Of a DNA stretch of 64,000 nucleotides, positions 8,753 through 22,838 are shown one piece after another. Origin of the DNA: an uncultured euryarchaeote. GTDB lineage: Archaea > Thermoplasmatota > Poseidoniia > Poseidoniales > Poseidoniaceae. The position numbers and the translations under genes were made by a program. The notes beneath the pieces were generated by a model. The model saw only the letters and a program-made list of their open reading frames with translations. It was not told the origin of the DNA and did no database searches. Numbering within the stretch: position 1 is the stretch's first letter; each line of letters begins with the position of its first letter. The stretch spans positions 46,335 through 110,334 of the forward strand of contig CAXFAS010000003.1 of the NCBI GenBank assembly GCA_964001175.1, read 5' to 3'.

Positions 8753-11355
8753 TCATCCGATACTTTTTCATCATTAAGTGGAATATCATCATCTCGCACT
8801 TTTTGGGTAAATTGAATCTTGGTATTGCTTTTTTGTTTAGATACTACGTTTTCAACCTCGCCAAGTATTTTATCTAATAATATAGGCCCCCAACCTCGTA
8901 AATTCAATAACTTATTCCTAATTTTAGAGTTCATTGACATCACCTGATTTGGAGTTCTTATTCCAAGAGTGGCCATTTCTCTAGCCCTTGAACGTCCTAT
9001 GTTTCTAATATTTACTAAGGTTAGAAGATCTTCTTTACAACCATGTCTTGTTCTTTGTCTCAGAATATCTATTTTTTTTACAAGTTCAGAAATTTCAGCC
9101 ATATGCTCATTAGAGAATACATCATCAGCAAGAAGAATTTCCTTGGAACCTAGTAGAAGCCAAGTCGCTAAGTCAACTCTATAATTTAAATCACCAGGAC
9201 TGACATCTAAACTTTTCTCTATAGAACGCATGCTTTCTTCGTTATTCCATTTTTCTATTAACCAAGCAGATTTTACATTTCCCAATAGCATTTCATCATA
9301 AGAGGAATCTGCAAGTAATTGTTCTTCTACGGAATTCGTTTTAAGCCAAAGTTCAGAATTTATCTCCATATCTTTGTTTTTAGCCCATAGAGATGAAAAG
9401 TCTGGAGTAGTAGTGATTAAATGTAATAATCCAAAATTAGTAACTATTGAATCTTTACGAACCTCTCGTCTAACAGCCCTCCTCAATCCAACCCTCAATA
9501 TTGAGGCTGAAAGTGGATCTAAGTATAATTGAGTCACTCTATCACCGATAATGGTAGATTCATATTTCATGGCTGAAAATTCATTCCTTTCATCTGAGTG
9601 CCAAGCACCAATATGAGTTAATTCTGTAGCCTTTTGGAATCCAAAGCTTGGCTCATTATAGGCTGAAGAGTTGTTTGTAGAATTAACTTCTCGAGTTGTC
9701 TTTGATAATTCTACTCCTGTCGTAGTATGAGCAATAGTAGCCCATGCAGGCATATTATCATCCCATTCATCAGATAAATCTAATTCTTTATCTGCCCTTT
9801 TTTCTGCATACGATTCGTCAACACCTAATTTTCTAATAAATCTCTCTTCGACTAGCCATTGTAACATTTCATCTATTCTTTCATTAAGAATATTTTTTGA
9901 TACACTATGCCCTAAAAATGTAGATTCAAAAAAATCTCCAATATCTCCTCTATGTTGTAGACCTCCAGTGGAAATTATCGAAAGTAAATGTGTCCTAAGT
10001 GCTGGCTCACTAGCTAATTTTGAGGAAATGGATTCTATTTCTCCAAAGAAATATCTTTCACTGACATCATCAGCTATTTCCCAACCATCGGTGCCTTTAC
10101 ACAAAATCCATGCTTCCCCATAATCATCATACTTTGGACGTCCTGCCCTTCCAAGCATCTGTCTAACTTCCATAACTGGAAGTGGGCGATTCATTCCATC
10201 ATCCCATCTTTTAACGTCTCTAACCAATACTCTTCTTGCAGGAAGATTAACTCCAGCAGCAAGAGTAGGAGTTGCTGATAATGCAATTAATAATCCACTT
10301 TTGAATGCATTTTCAATCGATTTGCGTTGTGTATGGGTCAATCCAGCATGATGAAATGCAACTCCTCCAACTATGCATTGGGATAATTTTTCGCCCATTG
10401 CTGTTTGGGATCTTCCTTCTAAAGTGTGAGAAAGTTCATTTAATTTTTTTAATCTCTCGGGATTTTCTTTTTCTAAAACTTTGAAAACTCGTTTTGATAA
10501 TTTCAAAGCCTCGGACTCAGCGCTTCTTCTAGTGCCAACGAAAATCAATAGTTGGCCTTCTTGATCGATTGTGTCTTTAAGCACTACCCATGTTGGATGG
10601 GTTTTTGGACCTTCTAAATCTCTTGGGGGATTTAGTAACTCAGGGGATTTAGATACTTGTGATGATTGTACCATCCTAGGCTCCAAATGTAGGTCGTGAA
10701 ATGTGCTATATTCTAATGCGACTGGGCGCCAGTCTGACTGAATTAAATCGGCATCTAACCATTCAGCAAGTTCTTGACAATTCCCAACCGTTGCTGAAAG
10801 TGCTACTAATTGAGCGTCAGGCCTCAAGAATCTTAGTTTAGTCAAATTTATTTCTAAAGTGGGCCCTCTAGTGGAATCGTTCATTAAATGAAATTCATCA
10901 GCCACGACGATAGAGACTCTAGACATCGTTTGAGAATTATTTCTAATTATTGAATCTAATTTTTCAGAAGTACAGACTAAAATATCGCATTCCTCAATTT
11001 TTTTTGCTTCTGAAGATGAATCACCAATCCCCAAACCTACTGTTAGATTTACTGCGCTTGCCATTGACTTTAAATCATCAAATTTTTCACTCGCTAAAGC
11101 CTTTAGTGGAACGATATAAACTGCCTTAGTACCAATTTCATCAACTAATAATTTCTTCATTATGGCCAAATAAGCTACCAAGGATTTACCAGATGCAGTA
11201 GGAATTGCAAGAAGAATATTTTTTCCACTAAACACTGAAGGCATCGCTTGTAATTGAGGAGGATGTAATTTCTCTATGCCCCAACTTTTAGACATAAAAT
11301 CGATTACCTTTGATGGCAATTCCAAGTTCGAGATATGCTCTTTCTCGGCCGCCAT
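8749..11355 (-). CDS. hel308: Ski2-like DNA helicase Hel308/Hjm
   Basis: IPTASGKS, DEFH, LSAT, FHHAGL, TPTLAAGVNLPA, QMLGRAGRP. Confidence 0.93.
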   Translation of the reverse strand: MAAEKEHISNLELPSKVIDFMSKSWGIEKLHPPQLQAMPSVFSGKNILLAIPTASGKSLVAYLAIMKKLLVDEIGTKAVYIVPLKALASEKFDDLKSMASAVNLTVGLGIGDSSSEAKKIEECDILVCTSEKLDSIIRNNSQTMSRVSIVVADEFHLMNDSTRGPTLEINLTKLRFLRPDAQLVALSATVGNCQELAEWLDADLIQSDWRPVALEYSTFHDLHLEPRMVQSSQVSKSPELLNPPRDLEGPKTHPTWVVLKDTIDQEGQLLIFVGTRRSAESEALKLSKRVFKVLEKENPERLKKLNELSHTLEGRSQTAMGEKLSQCIVGGVAFHHAGLTHTQRKSIENAFKSGLLIALSATPTLAAGVNLPARRVLVRDVKRWDDGMNRPLPVMEVRQMLGRAGRPKYDDYGEAWILCKGTDGWEIADDVSERYFFGEIESISSKLASEPALRTHLLSIISTGGLQHRGDIGDFFESTFLGHSVSKNILNERIDEMLQWLVEERFIRKLGVDESYAEKRADKELDLSDEWDDNMPAWATIAHTTTGVELSKTTREVNSTNNSSAYNEPSFGFQKATELTHIGAWHSDERNEFSAMKYESTIIGDRVTQLYLDPLSASILRVGLRRAVRREVRKDSIVTNFGLLHLITTTPDFSSLWAKNKDMEINSELWLKTNSVEEQLLADSSYDEMLLGNVKSAWLIEKWNNEESMRSIEKSLDVSPGDLNYRVDLATWLLLGSKEILLADDVFSNEHMAEISELVKKIDILRQRTRHGCKEDLLTLVNIRNIGRSRAREMATLGIRTPNQVMSMNSKIRNKLLNLRGWGPILLDKILGEVENVVSKQKSNTKIQFTQKVRDDDIPLNDEKVSDD

Positions 11356-11446
11356 GATACCACTGTCGCGCCAACAGTCCAAAAGGACAACGCTTCACCG
11401 AGTGATTCCGACACGCATAAGACCCCTCTGCTACTGTCCTATCAAC

Positions 11447-12073
11447 ATGAGCGATGAAATGGACTCTATTATCGAAGACAGACTTTCAGTTTTTGACGAT
11501 GAACCTGACCTAAATGATTGGGTTGAAGTGATGTGCGGAGCCGCAATGGCTGTAATTGGTATTTTTCATTTAGTTCAACCAGGTGAACTCGTTGATCCAG
11601 ATATTATGCGATGGTTTGCTGCAGCAGTAGTAGCTGCTGGTGCTGTATGGGCTGGACATGGTTTGAAAGATATGGCTGTAAAAGAAGTTAGACGATCTAT
11701 TGCAATTCTTGAATTATCTGAAATGTCTTCCTCTGACGGGCCAAATCATGGCCTCATTAGGGATGTTTTACTTAATCCTGAAGAATACAAAAGTTTCCTA
11801 TTAGAGGCATATAACTCTGCTTGGGAAGATGGAATAATTACAGAACAAGAATTAGAGGAATTAAAGTCATTTCAAACGGCTCTAGGAATCTCTGATGAAG
11901 ATGCAGCAAAGATGAACATAGAAGCAGCTATTACTTCCGCTGCTAAAGATGGAGATATTTCTGAAGAAGAAGAATCGATCATTAAGAAAATCGCAGAAGA
12001 CGCTGATATGGATGCTGAAAGCAAGGTTAAGGAAGCAAAATCAAAGGCTAAAAGTAAGTCTAAAAAGAAGTGA
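11447..12073 (+). CDS. Membrane protein with TerB-like C-terminal repeats
   Basis: Two TMs, then AWEDGIITEQE and AAKDGDISEEE; Lys-rich tail. Confidence 0.6.
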   Translation: MSDEMDSIIEDRLSVFDDEPDLNDWVEVMCGAAMAVIGIFHLVQPGELVDPDIMRWFAAAVVAAGAVWAGHGLKDMAVKEVRRSIAILELSEMSSSDGPNHGLIRDVLLNPEEYKSFLLEAYNSAWEDGIITEQELEELKSFQTALGISDEDAAKMNIEAAITSAAKDGDISEEEESIIKKIAEDADMDAESKVKEAKSKAKSKSKKK

Positions 12074-12604
12074 TTAGACTTTTCTATCTTTCAAAACAAT
12101 ATTGCATTCGCGGCATTTATACTTGCCTTTAGATGGTTTCTTTCTCGGGAAATCTTTACCGCATTTAGTACAGTTCCATATCCATTTTGCATTCTTAAAT
12201 CGTAAAAACTCTGTAAATTCACTCCCATGTTTAGATGCTCTATTGCCAGGCCATTCATTCTCCAAGAATCTAAATTTAGAATTATGTTCTCTAAAACCTA
12301 GTGCGTGAATGTATTCATGATGCAAAACAAAAGCAGCATAAGCATTCCATCTTTCCTCTAATAACTCTGGATGAATATCTATTACTTCTACATCTTGTGG
12401 ATTTAGATCAGATATATCTGAACCAATTTTCCACCTGGTCACACCATGCCTCTGTGTAGCATTTTTTCTTAAAACACCTAACTTTATTTGCTTCAAAACC
12501 TGAGTGTTAGTTTTATTCCAAACTTCCATGTCCAGCATCAAATCTAAAACTATACTTCTTAATTTATCTAATTTAACTATTTGTTGATGATTAGGATTGA
12601 CCAT
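12074..12604 (-). CDS. SprT/WLM-like zinc metalloprotease with Zn ribbon
   Basis: VLHHEYIHAL...H; C-terminal CTKC...CREC. Confidence 0.75.
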   Translation of the reverse strand: MVNPNHQQIVKLDKLRSIVLDLMLDMEVWNKTNTQVLKQIKLGVLRKNATQRHGVTRWKIGSDISDLNPQDVEVIDIHPELLEERWNAYAAFVLHHEYIHALGFREHNSKFRFLENEWPGNRASKHGSEFTEFLRFKNAKWIWNCTKCGKDFPRKKPSKGKYKCRECNIVLKDRKV

Positions 12605-12612
12605 TAATCTAA

Positions 12613-13080
12613 TCAACTCCATCTATGATAAGCAGGATGTCCCTCTTTAACCGCCACAAATAACCCACTTCCGGTTGCACAAACCTTACCTTCTGCTTCC
12701 AATAAAAGTTCGACTTCCACTTTATTTCCTTCAATTGATTTGACTTGGCTAGTGACGCATAGGATAGTATCAGTAGGAGTTGGGCGTCTAAGTTTTACAG
12801 AATAAGATGCTGTGACCGTACAAGGTGGTTGTTCGTCACCACTCTGATCCATGAGAGCAATTGCTGCAGTCCAATTTCCATGACAATCTAGTAATGTTCC
12901 AATGATTCCGCCATTTATCATTCCAGGAAATGCTTGATGGTGTTCTTCTGGCTTGTATTCTAGGTACAATCCATTTTCTATCCTAGTACTATTGATACGT
13001 AGACCTTCTTTATTTGCTGGCCCACACCCAAAGCAAATTGAATTTGCTGCATACTTTTGTTGAACCCCTAGTTCATCCAT
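12613..13080 (-). CDS. PaaI-family hotdog thioesterase
   Basis: CFGCGPAN, GMINGGIIGTLLDC, RRPTP. Confidence 0.9.
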   Translation of the reverse strand: MDELGVQQKYAANSICFGCGPANKEGLRINSTRIENGLYLEYKPEEHHQAFPGMINGGIIGTLLDCHGNWTAAIALMDQSGDEQPPCTVTASYSVKLRRPTPTDTILCVTSQVKSIEGNKVEVELLLEAEGKVCATGSGLFVAVKEGHPAYHRWS

Positions 13081-13167
13081 AAATAAGCGTAGATTAGTCC
13101 GTCTTTGTTTGTTTGTATAGATTGTTTCAATCGCATTGTTCTTGATGAATGAATTATTCGCACGTAC

Positions 13168-14493
13168 ATGGGTGGCAAGAAACGTACTGACAAGACGAAG
13201 GTTCGTGTTGCTCATGAATTGCCTAAAAGAAGAAGAATTGCAATTAAAGAAGCATTAGAAGCTCACCAAACAGAGGATAGGCCTGAATGGGATAGAGCGG
13301 CAGAATGGGGCAATATTCGTTTGTATCGGAAAATAATCAAACCAGGAACAATAAGAACAATTTCTTTACCATTATTGGAAGTTGATTTAGGAGACCCATG
13401 GCCAATTCCAGTTACAGTAATACATGGCGAAAGGCCTGGTCCTACAATAACAATTCTTGGAGGTATTCATGGAGATGAACTTACTGGTCCTTCAGCATGT
13501 ACTCATTTGTTATCTAATGCTTTTACAGACATTGGTAATCCCTTGGATCCAAAACAGATGGCTGGGACATTAAGAATTGTCCCTGTTGTAAATCTTCCAG
13601 GTTACAGAGCCAAGTCTAGATATTTCCCTGATGGTAGAGATTTAAATAGAAATTTCCCAGGTAATTTCAAAACAACTACTACACGAAGAGTTGCTGCTCA
13701 AGTATGGAAGTACTTACTTAAAGATAGTGACGCAATTATAGACTTACATAGTGCTGCCAAAGGTCGTTCAAATATGCCTCAATTAAGGGCTGATTTAGCT
13801 CATGCAGGTTCCAATATACTTGCTAAAGCATTTGGCATTGAAATTATTTTAGATTCGAAGCCACCGTCTGGATCTCTTAGAAAAGCGGCTGTTGAAAATG
13901 ACATCCCATCTATCACATATGAAGGAGGAGGGGCAAATTTACTGGATAATGAATCTGTAAAAGTTGCTATTCATGGCGTAACTAATATCCTAAGGTCATT
14001 AAGAATGATACCCGGTAAGCCCAATAGGCCAAGGTTCCGTATGTTGGCTAGCGGTTCTCGATGGTTGAGGGCTAGTGAAGGAGGACTGTTGGATATGTTT
14101 GTTACTTCAGGTTCCGTAATGCGAGAAGGAGAAGTTATTGCAACTATTTCAGACCCTGCAACACCTGGGTTAACAGTTGATATTGTGGCGCCAGAAGATG
14201 GTTTACTGGTTGGTGCAGCTACTAATCCATTTACAGCCAGTGGAATGCCGGTAGGGCATTTCCTACCAGTTTCGAAGCATATTTCTTTGCTAGAAGAACA
14301 AATTGATGATAATGGTAAATTCATTGTTTGTGGCTCTGAAGAAGATGCTATCTGGAGAGAAGAGCAGGATATTGACGAAGTTAATGTCGATGGTGAATGG
14401 AGTGGTGATGGAATTGATGGTGAATGGATGTCTGGAAAATCTAATCAACAAAAATCAAACTCATTCTCAGATTATGAAGAAGCAGATGCTTAA
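13168..14493 (+). CDS. Succinylglutamate desuccinylase/aspartoacylase (M14) family protein
   Basis: GIHGDE, RDLNRNFPG, IDLHS, YEGG. Confidence 0.9.
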   Translation: MGGKKRTDKTKVRVAHELPKRRRIAIKEALEAHQTEDRPEWDRAAEWGNIRLYRKIIKPGTIRTISLPLLEVDLGDPWPIPVTVIHGERPGPTITILGGIHGDELTGPSACTHLLSNAFTDIGNPLDPKQMAGTLRIVPVVNLPGYRAKSRYFPDGRDLNRNFPGNFKTTTTRRVAAQVWKYLLKDSDAIIDLHSAAKGRSNMPQLRADLAHAGSNILAKAFGIEIILDSKPPSGSLRKAAVENDIPSITYEGGGANLLDNESVKVAIHGVTNILRSLRMIPGKPNRPRFRMLASGSRWLRASEGGLLDMFVTSGSVMREGEVIATISDPATPGLTVDIVAPEDGLLVGAATNPFTASGMPVGHFLPVSKHISLLEEQIDDNGKFIVCGSEEDAIWREEQDIDEVNVDGEWSGDGIDGEWMSGKSNQQKSNSFSDYEEADA

Positions 14494-15743
14494 TTCAAAA
14501 ATTGCTTTACTGCTGCTTCAACCTCTGAGTCTTCCATATTTCTTCTTTGACTTTTTGCAACTTCAAATAGATGAGCAACTAAATCATCTGTAACCTCATA
14601 ACCATTCTGTTCAAGCCACCAAATTATATTTGAGCGCCCTGCCATATGACCGATTCGGATAACTTGTTTTAGTCCAAAGTCACCAGCAGGGACTCCAGAG
14701 TAGACTCTATCTGCTAGCCAATTATCTCCTTTACGCATAGCCTTTATCACTGCTGAAGCATGAACTCCAGTACCAGTTTCAAATGCGTCTTCACCAAAAA
14801 CAGGATAGTTTCTAGGTAGTGGGACTTCAATATACTTATTTGCCAACCTAGTGTATTCATCTAGGTGGGTCAAATCATTGTCAATTACTCCCATCAATTT
14901 CAAATTGACTAATGTTTGGTCAAGAGGGGCATTACCAGCCCTTTCCCCAACGCCAAGTGCTGTACCATGTACTACATCCGCACCTGCTTCAACCGCAGCA
15001 ATATTATTTGCAACTCCTAAACCTCTATCTTGATGACCATGCCAGTTTACTTCTATATCGCTACGATGGTACCCCCCATCTTTGATAACTTCTTCATCAA
15101 TGAAATTAAGTAATTTCTTTACTCCATTAGGGGTAACATGCCCGCAAGTATCACAAACGCATAATCTTCTGACCCCTAATTCCATGGCTCTTTGATAAAT
15201 TTTCTTTACATCATCAGGATTAGATCTAGTTGTGTCTTCTGTAACAAACATAACCGGCACATCATTTTCTACGGCATAACTAACTGCTTTTTCCATTGTA
15301 GAAATTAGTTTGTCCATAGTCCATCCTTCGGTGTATTGTCTAATTGGGCTAGTACCCAAAAAGGCTGAAGCCTGTATAGGAATTCCATGTTTATTCTGCA
15401 TTTCAACCAGAGGTTCGATGTCATTCATCAAGGTTCTAACTGCAGCACCTGGTCTAATTTGATAATCATTGGAAGTTATGTGGGAGATCAGAGCATCAAT
15501 GTGCTCACGATGAAATGGTCCTGCTCCAGGTAGTCCAAGATCTACTTTTTGAATTCCCAGTTTTTCCATGTAAGATAATAATTCAATTTTTTCCTCGATT
15601 GACGGATTTCTTGCGCTAGGACTTTGTAATCCATCTCTTAGAGTCTCATCATCAAACCAAACACCGTGAGGATGATTAGAAGGGTTTCTATTGAAATCAT
15701 AGTCTATAGTATTCCAATCATAAATCAATGAACGCTCATCCAT
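14490..15743 (-). CDS. LeuA-family DRE-TIM Claisen synthase lacking the regulatory domain
   Basis: DETLRDGLQ, HGHQDRG, GERAGNA, GVHA. Confidence 0.88.
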   Translation of the reverse strand: MDERSLIYDWNTIDYDFNRNPSNHPHGVWFDDETLRDGLQSPSARNPSIEEKIELLSYMEKLGIQKVDLGLPGAGPFHREHIDALISHITSNDYQIRPGAAVRTLMNDIEPLVEMQNKHGIPIQASAFLGTSPIRQYTEGWTMDKLISTMEKAVSYAVENDVPVMFVTEDTTRSNPDDVKKIYQRAMELGVRRLCVCDTCGHVTPNGVKKLLNFIDEEVIKDGGYHRSDIEVNWHGHQDRGLGVANNIAAVEAGADVVHGTALGVGERAGNAPLDQTLVNLKLMGVIDNDLTHLDEYTRLANKYIEVPLPRNYPVFGEDAFETGTGVHASAVIKAMRKGDNWLADRVYSGVPAGDFGLKQVIRIGHMAGRSNIIWWLEQNGYEVTDDLVAHLFEVAKSQRRNMEDSEVEAAVKQFLN

Positions 15744-15823
15744 AAAATCAACTCATTAGCCAAAAAACACTCCGGCCTAAGCCGTGACAAACTGTAATCA
15801 TGTTTCAAGTCGTCGATTTTAAA

Positions 15824-20558
<4,735 letters not shown>

Positions 20559-20847
20559 TTAAATTCTATAATCACTGAATTTAATTTTGAAGGGGGTTTT
20601 TTTCACTACAAAACGTATCTTTTCCATCATGGAATTTTGCCGCAATGCATTGATTACTCGTCCTCAACTCCCCTACCATTGTTAACCACCATTGAAGGTG
20701 TTTAAAGGTAGTGGAAAACATAGCAAAAATATGTTCAATTTACTAGTTATTTCTGCTTTTCAACATTACTAAAATCACTTGTTTTCTATTTGTATAGATA
20801 CTCCTCTCAAGCGTGAGCGTTAATAACACCCCCTAATTGGACCAATT

Positions 20848-21645
20848 ATGGCTGAGCCGAAAGTGTGCGTATCTTTAGAAGGTATTACAGTAGATGAAAT
20901 GATTGATGAAGCAAATAGAGCAAATATTGCTGGTGCTGATTATGTCGAAGTTCGATTTGACAAACTATACTTAATCAAACCCGAACCAACCGTTTCAGAA
21001 AATGAAGATGGAGAAAAAATTAGTAAAATGCCACCTGAAACTGAATGGACTGTGAAAGACTTCGAAGAAATCGATATCGAAGAATCTATTTCTGCACTCA
21101 AAGAGGCAATCCCTGTTCCTGTAATTTTTACTGTTCGACCAGTTAGAGAAGGAGGCTTTTTCGCTGGAAATGAAAAGCAAAGGCTTGATGTATTGAGTAA
21201 AGCGATTAAATCAGAGGTCAGTTTTGTTGATTTAGAACTTTCAATTGAAGAAAAAGACAGAAAGAAACTTCATTCCAGTGCATCAGATTCTGGATGTCAA
21301 GTAATCGCATCTTATCACGACTCTAGTGCCACTCCTAGTGCGAACGAAATTATAGAACTAGTCCGATCGAATTACGATAAAGGAGATATAATCAAATTCT
21401 GCTCCTCAATATCAAATCACCAAGACTCTCTTCAAATAATCGAAGCGGCCCACACACTGTCTAATGATGAAGAACCTCATAGCTTGATGGGATTAGGAAA
21501 TGGTGGCGATTGGGTTAGATTACACGCCCCAATTCTAGGCCAAAGTTTAGTTTACGCAACTATGCTTAATCATTTCAGGTTATCAGATAGAGGATTGATT
21601 AATGTCAGAGATTTGAGAGATGCTTGGGCATTATTGGAATATTGA
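20848..21645 (+). CDS. aroD: Type I 3-dehydroquinate dehydratase (diverged)
   Basis: VEVRFD, FTVRPVREGG, ASYHD, DIIK. Confidence 0.8.
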   Translation: MAEPKVCVSLEGITVDEMIDEANRANIAGADYVEVRFDKLYLIKPEPTVSENEDGEKISKMPPETEWTVKDFEEIDIEESISALKEAIPVPVIFTVRPVREGGFFAGNEKQRLDVLSKAIKSEVSFVDLELSIEEKDRKKLHSSASDSGCQVIASYHDSSATPSANEIIELVRSNYDKGDIIKFCSSISNHQDSLQIIEAAHTLSNDEEPHSLMGLGNGGDWVRLHAPILGQSLVYATMLNHFRLSDRGLINVRDLRDAWALLEY

Positions 21646-21697
21646 ATCCAAATCTAGACATTTGACCCTGTAACAGAATGAATAGTACTTATTCGTA

Positions 21698-22789
21698 TTA
21701 TTCGCCATTGTTATTGCTTTTGATAATATTACTGTCGGCAATATTTACTCCGTCTGGAGGAGGTAATTCAGCTGCGGTGTTGAGAGATGGAACAATGCCA
21801 GTAGATTGTTGTTCAGCCTGTAGCCCAGCTCGCATGTATCTTGCGTTTAGTATAAAAGGAAATATTGCAAAGCCGATAATCAAAACCAAGAATACCAAAG
21901 AAACGGTGAAATTAGGAAGTATCAACGTTCTTTCTGTAGTAATTATCGTAATATCAGCAGCAGTAATTGTTTCAGGAGGTTGCGCATCATTGTCATGGAC
22001 ATTGTCCCATGTATCAACTACGATGTAGAAATCTTGCCAATCTTGATTCCCAAACAAACCAGAATATACTTCTGGGCCGTCAAGACTCAAAGCAAAATTA
22101 ACTTCATCAACATTCTCATATTGATGGGCGTCTCTAAAAGATTTCCAACCTAAGAAATTAAAACTCCTCCATTCAGGCGGAATATCACTTAATGATTCTT
22201 CAGCATCAGAATACCAACGATTATTTGAATGAGAAGAAAAGTAACTTTCCTCATACTTGGTATATTCACTAGAAGTGAGTAAATAAATATCGGCATTAAC
22301 ATTCGAACCATTTACTTGATCAAAGTCTTGGAGTGTGATGCAAATTGTTGTTCTGTGATTTGCTGAAAGGTTAACTTTCAACGCACCAACACTATCATTG
22401 CCAATTAAAAGAGTCGCATGATGATTAGAAACAAAAGGGTCTAAAGTCAAATCTTCTTGTTCCCAAGGAGCATAATACATCCATTCCGGTTCTGGACTCA
22501 ATGACATATCGATAGAATCTTCTTGACCATTTGAAGCATCATTACCACCTCTATCTTTACCATTTCCTGGGCCTTCGTCAAAAATATCCCACCAACTTTC
22601 ATATGGATTAAAATGGGGCACCATTGCAATTCTCTGTAATGATTGGTTCCAACTTACTGGTTCTATATCTCCTTCGCAGGCATCTGCTGCAGAAGCATTA
22701 TTGATAATAGAAACAGGATTATTAGCTGCAGGGACAATGAGAGGTAAAAGGAACATTACAAGAATGAGTAAAACGATTTTTGGCCTCAT
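21698..22789 (-). CDS. Hypothetical exported protein with C-terminal membrane anchor
   Basis: Signal peptide, acidic ectodomain, C-terminal TM. Confidence 0.75.
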   Translation of the reverse strand: MRPKIVLLILVMFLLPLIVPAANNPVSIINNASAADACEGDIEPVSWNQSLQRIAMVPHFNPYESWWDIFDEGPGNGKDRGGNDASNGQEDSIDMSLSPEPEWMYYAPWEQEDLTLDPFVSNHHATLLIGNDSVGALKVNLSANHRTTICITLQDFDQVNGSNVNADIYLLTSSEYTKYEESYFSSHSNNRWYSDAEESLSDIPPEWRSFNFLGWKSFRDAHQYENVDEVNFALSLDGPEVYSGLFGNQDWQDFYIVVDTWDNVHDNDAQPPETITAADITIITTERTLILPNFTVSLVFLVLIIGFAIFPFILNARYMRAGLQAEQQSTGIVPSLNTAAELPPPDGVNIADSNIIKSNNNGE

Positions 22790-22838
22790 TCAATCTCCTC
22801 ATTATGGCTCATTAGTTGACAGTTCAAGATACTAACGA

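Noticed and set aside
20581..20679. 32-codon minus-strand ORF upstream of gyrB
   Set aside because: Short, no recognisable motif or clear SD; cannot be supported as a gene
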